Assembly: GCA_951406725.2 (NCBI GenBank)
Contig: OX597814.1
Location: 25,234,001-25,298,000 of the forward strand
DNA: 64,000 bases
Origin: Octopus vulgaris
Lineage: Eukaryota
Direction of reading: 5' to 3'
The position numbers and the translations under genes were made by a program. The number at the start of each line of letters is the position of its first letter. The first letter of the stretch is position 1. Below, piece by piece: positions 56,103-64,000 of this stretch. Below the pieces are notes generated by a model that ran no database searches, was not told where the DNA came from, and saw only the letters and a list, made by a program, of their open reading frames with translations.

Positions 56103-56874
56103 CTACATGGAAGAGTACTGCAAGAGAATTATAGGGCTTTGATTTAACGTAGAGAAAATGTGTGTGTGTGTATGTGTTATGTGTGTACATGAATTAATCT
56201 CCAGTTGACTTCTTTCGATATAACTTTTAGTAGTTTGTCAATTTGTTCCTGACATTTACATATGACAGTTTTGTAAACTTGAGCAACAACAACAACAACC
56301 ATAAAATAATTGCATAGACAATAATAAAAAGAAAAAGATAACAACAATAATTATATTTTCTGCTTGCTTTTTTATTTGAAGGCTATGAGAAAAAATTTTT
56401 TTTCTCGTCTGCAGCTATTTGCTGCCTGTTTGAGTTATACTGATATTTAGATTATTTCATGTTATTCTTAATCTGCATCCTATACACTTTTACTATTTAC
56501 TCTCACTTTAAAATAAGCACTACTATATCACACACACACAGAGTATTTCTTATACCTCTTTATTTATTATTGTTGGATTAATTCTGAACTTAAGAATATG
56601 TGACAATAGAATTAGTTAAATGAATGTTTAGTTGCATCAGTTACTCTACAATGTCATTATTATATCAAATATTTTGATTAATTTATATCACTATTATATC
56701 TTGTTCCATATTGATTTAATCACCTGAGAAATAAACCAGGCTGGTTACAAAACCACTTATGGAAAGAAAATGAATATAATCAATCAGTTCCATATTAGTA
56801 TATTACTGATACCTATTTTATCAATCTTGAAGAGATGAAAGTACATCTGTCCTCAGTAAGAAGTAAATTCAGAC

Positions 56875-56979
56875 TGCTAAGAGAAACAGACTATATTCAA
56901 TATGGTCCTACACTTGTATTTACTAGAATGCCAAGAGAAACAAACTATATTCAAAATGGTCCTACACTTGTATTTACTA
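56875..56979. repeat. 54-bp tandem duplication
   Basis: tgc(t/c)aagagaaaca(g/a)actatattcaa(t/a)atggtcctacacttgtatttacta occurs twice. Confidence 0.92.
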
Positions 56980-57121
56980 CTCTTATCAACTCTGCTGAGT
57001 CAACTTTGCAAGAAAGCATCTATATGGTCACTTGACCTGCAAGAAATGGAACCAAAATATCTTCTAATACTTACCTATAATTTTATCTAAGGAATAGATA
57101 GATACCAGATATAATATGCTG

Positions 57122-57450
57122 TGTGAAAGTGTATGGCTCAGTGGTTAGAGTGTCAGGCTCACAATAATGTGGCAGTGAGTTCAATTCCCAGGCCAAGCTG
57201 TGTGTTGTGTTTTTGGATAAGACACTTTATTTCACATTGCTCCAATTCACTCAGCTGTAGAAATGAGTTGCAACGTCATTGGTACCAAGTTGCATCAGCC
57301 TTTGTCTTTCCCTTGATTAACATCAGTGGCATGAAGAGAGAAGGCTGGTATGCATGGGCAGCTGCTGGTCTTCCATAAACAACCTTGCCTGGACTTGTGC
57401 TCAGAGGGTAACTCTCTAAGTGCAATTCCAACGTCATTCATAACCATAGG
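57122..57450 (+). mobile_element. tRNA-derived SINE
   Basis: A box tggctcagtgg, B box gagttcaattccc, core acactttatttcacattgctccaattcactcagctg. Confidence 0.85.
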
Positions 57451-58008
57451 GCATCTTTCCATTATTGTGCCTGGGAAGGCATATAAGAAGGTCATGGCAA
57501 GAATGCCATTTTAAGAATCAATTTCTATTGTATAAGAATTCTCTTCAATCACATACTGATATTGCAGAATAATAGAAACTTAATCTCAAGTATGTAACAG
57601 ACCCCAATATCTTTTCAAAAGTAAGATTCTTATATAGTTTTCAAGACCTTTATACAAAATCCAAAAAACAACATTTAGAAAAATCCACAAAAGTGCAGTT
57701 ACAACAATATTGACAAATCAAACAGGAAGTGCCATTCCCAAGATCTTAGTCTTGTCCAAAATTCAATTAAAGATGTTTGTCAATTGCAAATATATTAATA
57801 TGACAAAAAATGTAAAATTACAGAATACAATGCTATTTTGAAAATATCAATATAGCAAAATTCAATAAACATTTTTAAAACAACCTAACACCAACTATTC
57901 TAAGTTATACACCAATAAGACTATGCAGAGCCTTTTCTAATGGAGGTAGAAGTTTTATCAACTTCATATCATATCTATTTAATAAATCTTACATTTATTA
58001 TATAGATA

Positions 58009-58417
58009 GGCGCAGGAGTGGCTGTGTGATAAGTAGCTTGCTTACCAACCACATGGTTCCGGGTTCAGTCCCACTGCGTGGCATCTTGGGCAAGTGTCTT
58101 CTGCTATAGCCCCGGGCTGACCAATGCCTTGTGAGTGGATTTGGTAGATGGAAACTGAAAGAAACCTGTCGTATATATGTATATATATATATGTGTGTGT
58201 GTGTGTCTGTGTTTGTCCCCCTAGCATTGCTTGACAACCGATGCTGGTGTGTTTACATCCCCGTCACTTAGCGGTTCGGCGAAAGAGACTGATAGAATAA
58301 GTACTGGGCTTACAAAGAATAAGTGCCGGGGTCGATTTGCTCGACTAAAGGCGGTGGTCCAGCATGGCCGCAGTCAAATGACTGAAACAAGTAAAAGAAT
58401 ATAAAAGAAAAGAAAGA
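58009..58417 (+). mobile_element. Full-length SINE family B (OR/CORE-like) with internal (AT)/(GT) tract and A-rich tail
   Basis: ggcgcaggagtggctgtgtg...gggttcagtccc...ccagcatggccgcagtcaaatgactgaaacaagtaaaag. Confidence 0.92.
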
Positions 58418-58599
58418 ATATATCAAAACTGACATTCAAAACAATGTTCCTTATAACTTTTTTGCTGCAGATATGCTCAGAAATGTGTATTGTGTACAAA
58501 TTTTATCTTTGTTTGCAAAGTATGCATGCAACTGTATGAATAATTATCACTCAAATTTCTTCAATTAAAAAACACAATTTCATTTTGAAAACCTTGTGT

Positions 58600-60030
58600 A
58601 TGCATATTTTTTCTTTCCTAATTGTAAAACATGTGCATGGTTACACACACACTCAAGTGCACAGCTTAAAGGGAGCACTGTTTATAAACAAATGGTTAAA
58701 GATATCACACTAAAAATGCAGGATTTCAAATTAAACTATCAACATGCATCACCTAAATGCTATAATTTCATACGTGGCTCTGTGGCTTCACCAAACATCC
58801 CACTGGCTACAACTTCAAAACTGTAATTCTCCCAAACAATAACACTGGGTATGATATCAATGCCCTAAACATCTAGTTTTCAAATGGTACACAAAATGAT
58901 GGGAAACAAAATCATTGCTAAAGGACACACTCTACATCTTAAATTATACATGCCAACACACAAATGCATTTCTTCAAGCCAACTACAAGATCTCTTTCCT
59001 GGACATTACCTTCTGCTTCACACACCAAATTACAACAAGCTGACAAAAAATAAATTGCTTTTTTTTAGATCGTCTGCCTGTTACTGTCACCAAACATGCA
59101 TATCAATATAGAAAGTAGAAACATCTTTGCAGAATTAAAAGAACAAACAAATGACTTCCATCAAGAAAAAGAATCAAGATTTTTCAGAACTCAAGAGCAC
59201 CATTATCATTGACACAGACACTGCAATGCAAAATTATTAAATATCGGCACATCTAAAGACCATGACCCAAGAAGCAACATAAAATACAAACCCAACAATT
59301 CACTAGATATATCACCAACTGCAAATAGAGAGAAGCTCAGTCACAAATCACCAAAACCATACACAATCGACGAAAACTTTACACCAAACAACTAAGGAAG
59401 GAAATAACAGCCAAAAATATGAAGCACAAAACAAATAGAGAAACACTGTTTACAGTAAATACCAACAACAATGACAATGGCTACACTACGTCCCTTGTCA
59501 CAATAGCCTTAAGTAATACACTTAAATAGCAAAGCCAAACTAATTCCTTTATCGAACATCTTTCTCAGTATCAGCCAACAAAATCATACAATGAAAACAC
59601 GACTGCAAATCAAAAGTATACATTTTCTACAAAAACCCTGATTTTGCCCCCTTCATTCTATTAAAAATAAATAAATGCGCCCTTTAAAAGCCTAGCCAGG
59701 CTCATGGGCCTGGTTTCCTGGTTGCAATGGCGTATATGTTCCCCAGCTGTACGGTACACCAGTCCATCACAGCGTTACTCATTTTTGCCAGCTGAGTGGA
59801 CTGGAGCAACGTGAAATGAAGTGTTTTGCTAAAGAACACAACATGTCGCCCGGTCCGGGAATTGAAACCACAATCTTTTAATCATGATGCTGATACACTA
59901 ACCACCCTTCATTCTATTAGCAACTAAAAAGCAACTAGGAAATATAAAACTCAGAAGCTTCAGTGTTAAACAAAATCACAAACAAACTTAAAACACCAAC
60001 AGCTTAAAGAAATCACAACAGCCACCAGTA
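58600..60030 (+). mobile_element. Degenerate LINE fragment, apparently the same family as 31020-34200
   Basis: A/C-rich strand bias; 59470-59550 resembles the reverse complement of 33060-33140. Confidence 0.6.
59664..59904 (-). mobile_element. tRNA-derived SINE inserted in the LINE, 15-bp TSD
   Basis: TSD cccttcattctatta at 59649-59663 and 59905-59919. Confidence 0.9.
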
Positions 60031-60260
60031 TTCACTTTGCTTGCTTCTTCTGGTCAGTGTCATAACAAGTTGAGGTTCTTGTAGGTGGGTTGTTGGTCCT
60101 CCACAGTATATTTGGATGATGGGTCTGCCATCTTATTGACAAGCCAGTGTGCTATGGGTCACTGTTAGTCTGGAACCTTCTTGGGAGACCGGCCTGCCTT
60201 GGGTGGGCCTACCAAGAGCAAAGCTCCATACAGTAACAGGTCCAGAACATGCATTGGTCA
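60030..60260 (-). mobile_element. RTE-type LINE 5' UTR fragment
   Basis: ggagctttgctcttggtagggccacccaaggcaggccggtc...ccagactaa resembles a motif I recall from RTE/Expander 5' UTRs. Confidence 0.5.
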
Positions 60261-60494
60261 TTGTCTTTCCTATTCTGACTAAAAGAAAAATAAAGCTATA
60301 GCATGTAGAATGTTGGTTAAAAAAAACCTTTGGATGAAAAATTCTTAAGATATGAATAATGTACACTTGTTGCTGGTAAGAACAAATCTTCTAAAATGGG
60401 TGGAGAAAACTTAAAGGATTGTTTTAATATAATGGTAGACCGTCTACCATATTTACAAACAGATGTGACTTCAAATACCATGGACTGCCTTTGA

Positions 60495-60900
60495 CATTTC
60501 CATCCAAGGGATTTTTAACCAATATTCTACATGTTATTATTCAAGGTGGTGGATGGCAATTTTCTTCAATACTTCAGTGAGTGACGACCCAGCCTGACAT
60601 GAGTCCTGGGCTCAGCTGGCTCTGGCTGACAGTACCCGGTATGGGCCCCTATCCAGGGTTACGGAAAGGAGACAACCTTCAAAGAAATCCGGAGTGGAGC
60701 CCCGTAGGCGGTTTAGTGTTCGACTTGACACTCTTCCGGCAGCTCCTGCAACCAAGCTGATGCCAAATGTAATGTTCTGCACTCCTTTGGACTACATCAG
60801 CAAAGTTGAGAGAGGAATCATGACGATTGGACTACCCAGGATTGTCTTACATCTAGCCCAGGCCTGCGCAAAACTGGAGAGGAAAATGGAGAGGACATGA
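60495..60900 (+). mobile_element. RTE/BovB-like LINE 5' UTR fragment
   Basis: GC-rich block aaatccggagtggagcccc..aggcggtt...cttccggcagctcctgc..ccaagctg.tgccaaa, recalled from RTE 5' ends; no ORF follows. Confidence 0.5.
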
Positions 60901-61070
60901 AATGTAAAAACCAGACTGTGTTAGTTTATGCGCAACTCCATTGACTCCCGAGACAAAAAGATGCCAACAATTATTCATAGACTTATCTAGTTTGAGTTAC
61001 AACATTTAAAAAGGTTTATTTCATATCTTACAAAATTTCTAAATTTTTATAATGTAAACAATATATATGA

Positions 61071-61077
61071 TGTGTGC

Positions 61078-61135
<58 letters not shown>
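61071..61135. repeat. (GT)n microsatellite
   Basis: Visible tract. Confidence 0.95.
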
Positions 61136-61137
<2 letters not shown>

Positions 61138-61799
61138 ATATCATAATAGGATGACTCAGCTGTACATTATGATTAATACCTGAAACTCCAAATGAATGTG
61201 TTTAGTACAACTTGCTTTTATTTGTTCACCCAGTCCTGTGTGTGTGTGTGTGCTGGATTTTTCATGCAAGATGTAAATAATGGTGAGAAAACAAAAGAAC
61301 TAGTGTTCTGAAATAAAAATAGCCTGCTTGATATTTGTTCCACTTGAGCTACACAGTCAATCCTCTGTCACTCTTGCTACAAGATATGTAGTGAAACAGT
61401 GAAAGGCGCATTGGAGAATTGTAATACTATTATGTAGGAATTGTAAAATAATCTAAAAGTAAATAGGAAAATAGTTATGCTTCAGCTGACATTATATACA
61501 TATTTTGTATTAATGCTTGAAATGAGATTACACACATTTCTGTTTAAGATTTACTATTTTTTAAAAATCAACAAAGGAGGTTACACATGTACGAAGAAGG
61601 ATATTCTTCAAACTTAAATTCTCCATTCTTCTATCGACATTGAAAATGTAAGTCTTCTATCTATGATGGCAAGCCTTGTTTGAAACATCATGGCACTTTT
61701 CCACTCAGTGATATACAGATTAAAAATTTTGTTTATAAGTAAAGTTAGACTATTTAACAATGATAATGATAAGTCCCTTAACTCCTTGGGGATCATTTT

Positions 61800-62000
61800 G
61801 GGGTGCTGCAGCCATGTAGCATATATAGGGTGAGCCCATCCCTCTTCAGACTAAACTCATTTCTATAGCTGAGTGGACTGGAGTAACATGAAATGAAGTG
61901 TTTTACTCAAGAACACAATGGATTGCCTGATCTAGGGATCGAAACCACAATCTTATGGTCATGAATCCAACACTCTAACCACTAAGCAACATGCCTCCAC
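61800..62000 (-). mobile_element. tRNA-derived SINE
   Basis: Shares core gctgagtggactggag..acatgaaatgaagtgtttt with 59664-59904. Confidence 0.82.
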
Positions 62001-62391
62001 TAATGATAATCATTTCTACAGCTGAACCATGCACCAAACCATGCACCTCCATAGACTATTTAGGACTGTTAAAGTATAAAACATCCTAGTAAATATTTGT
62101 TTACAAAATCAGATATTTTATTTTTTATCAGAAGAGGATACAGTACCCATGACTCTTTACAGGCCCTCTGCAAATGGTGAAAGGGAGAAAGGTATCCTCA
62201 AGTTGGAGTTCTGGCTTGAATAATTGCGACAGTGTTGACACTGCTAAAGGAACCAAAGGTACCTGGTGGTAGTGTTAAATTAGATAATGAATTAAGTCTA
62301 CCACCCAAGTAGACCATAGTGGAATTTTTATTCAGAGTAAAAAAATATTTTAACAAATACTGCGGTGCATCGGATCCAACATTTTTATATT

Positions 62392-62618
62392 TCCTATTTC
62401 TTTATTACCCACAAGGGGCTACACACAGAGGGTACAAACAAGGACAGACAAACGGATTAAGTCAATTATATCGACCCCAGTGTGTAACTGGTACTTATTT
62501 AATCGACCTCGAAAGGATAAGTCGACCTCGGCGGAATTTGAACTCAGAACGTAGCAGCAAATGAAACACTGCGAAGCATTTTGCCCGGTGTGCTAACGAT
62601 TCTGCCAGCTCGCCACCT
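62392..62618 (-). mobile_element. SINE family A
   Basis: Reverse complement of 13295-13525 with a short internal deletion. Confidence 0.9.
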
Positions 62619-64000
62619 TCTATATTCTTATATTTTCACAAGTCTACTGCTCTTGGTTAGTTCTTTTTTTTTCTTTTTATGAATCACCAAATGGGATAGT
62701 TGCCACCAACAAAATTTGAAATCTGAGTGTAGAGAGTTACAGCAAATACCATTAGTCATACTTTCCAATGCTCTAAGGGTTTCACAAGTTCACCACCTGC
62801 ATGTATTTAATTCTGTAAACATCTCTGAAAAGTGCACGCTATGAAAGGTGTGAAAATGTACTGGCTAAGGTCATTCATAAATTTGATATTTCAGTTCTAT
62901 ACTAGCAGCGTAGGTATTTCATGAAATTTAGTCTTATTCTATTACAACAGTACAAATACTGAAATATTGTATTGAAACACAATTAGAACAATGAGGATTA
63001 TATTTGTTCTATATTATTATCACCGTAAAGTATTCCACCAGGTTTTACTACTGGTGGAAATTACATTATAGAACTACAGCACAATTTTAATTAATTGGTT
63101 AGTGTATTGAAATTTTGTTTAAAATTGCACTAAAACTTAGTTTTATATTGTACTGAAATTTTGGTTAATAATTTATCAGACTATTTAGGCTGTGCGTTCA
63201 AACTCTCAAGGTTAATTTTGCCTTTCACACCTCTAGGGTCAATAAAATATTTTCACTCAAATACTAGGTACAATATAATTGTCTATATCCTACTTTTATA
63301 AAATAAATACCAGTTGAACACTGGAGGTAGTATAATCCCCCGAATTTGTACCAAAATTTGAAACCAATATTCTACTGAATCTAAGTTTAATATTATAATG
63401 AATCTAAGTTTCATATTGAATTGATCCTTAGATTAATATTTATTGAAAGTTAAGAGTATAATAGTATATTAGAAGTTGTCTAGTTCTAAAAATAAATTAT
63501 CATGGAATAAGGAATGTATTTTTTCTAAAATATTTTGAATAAATCAGTGTTAATATGTCTAGAATATAATTCAAGATAAACATTCGTGATGTACATCTGG
63601 AAAAATATAGCACTGAATTGGTCATAAAAGTAGAATACACCAGATGTCAGAAGCAAGATGTTAAATTGTAAGATATTGTATTCAAGTTTTAGTACAAGGC
63701 CAGTAATTTTGGGTGGGGATGGGGAGTAAGTCAATTATATCGAACCCAGTGGTCAACTGTTACTTATTTTATCAACCTCGAAAGGACAAAAGGCAAGTTA
63801 ACCCCAGCAACATTTGAATGCAGAATATAGACAGACAAAATGCCACTAAACATGCTAACAATTCTGACAGTTCACCACCCTGTAACATACCAATATTATA
63901 TAATACTAACGAAACAATTAGCCATTCAGTTTTGAAATAGGTTATTTTGTATTGCAAGATATGCAGTTCCATATCTTAAAATTTAGGGAAGTACCAGTCA

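Noticed and set aside
57133-57200. tRNA-like A/B boxes here and at ~26000, ~58020 and ~61990
   Set aside because: No cloverleaf with an acceptor stem; they continue into SINE bodies.
63033-63059. 9-bp stem hairpin ttccaccag/ctggtggaa (also acttacatc/gatgtaagt at ~46915)
   Set aside because: No Helitron CTRR end or other context; such stems are expected occasionally in 64 kb.

Overview
AT-rich, repeat-dense eukaryotic DNA. The SINE, RTE and mariner families and the (AT)n/(CA)n/(GAT)n load point to an octopus (cephalopod) genome; this is inference from remembered repeat consensus. There is no intact long gene, and nearly all listed ORFs are microsatellite or transposon artefacts. The window holds three full-length but dead mariner transposons, a Ty3/Gypsy LTR remnant whose domains are shuffled in order and orientation, remnants of RTE, R4/Dong-like and Jockey/I-like LINEs, many tRNA-type SINEs, two piggyBac-type MITEs and a ~1.95 kb (AT)n tract. 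The most notable observations are (1) a 5S rRNA head fused to the 3' tail of the local tRNA-SINEs (candidate SINE3), (2) the scrambled Gypsy element, (3) a two-part templated insertion with junction microhomology at 28.1-28.4 kb, and (4) low-confidence chains of small phase-compatible exons, one of them in a CpG-rich island at 47-49 kb. I do not see convincing evidence of a novel multi-gene system. All coordinates and counts were read by eye, and the ends of degenerate elements are approximate.
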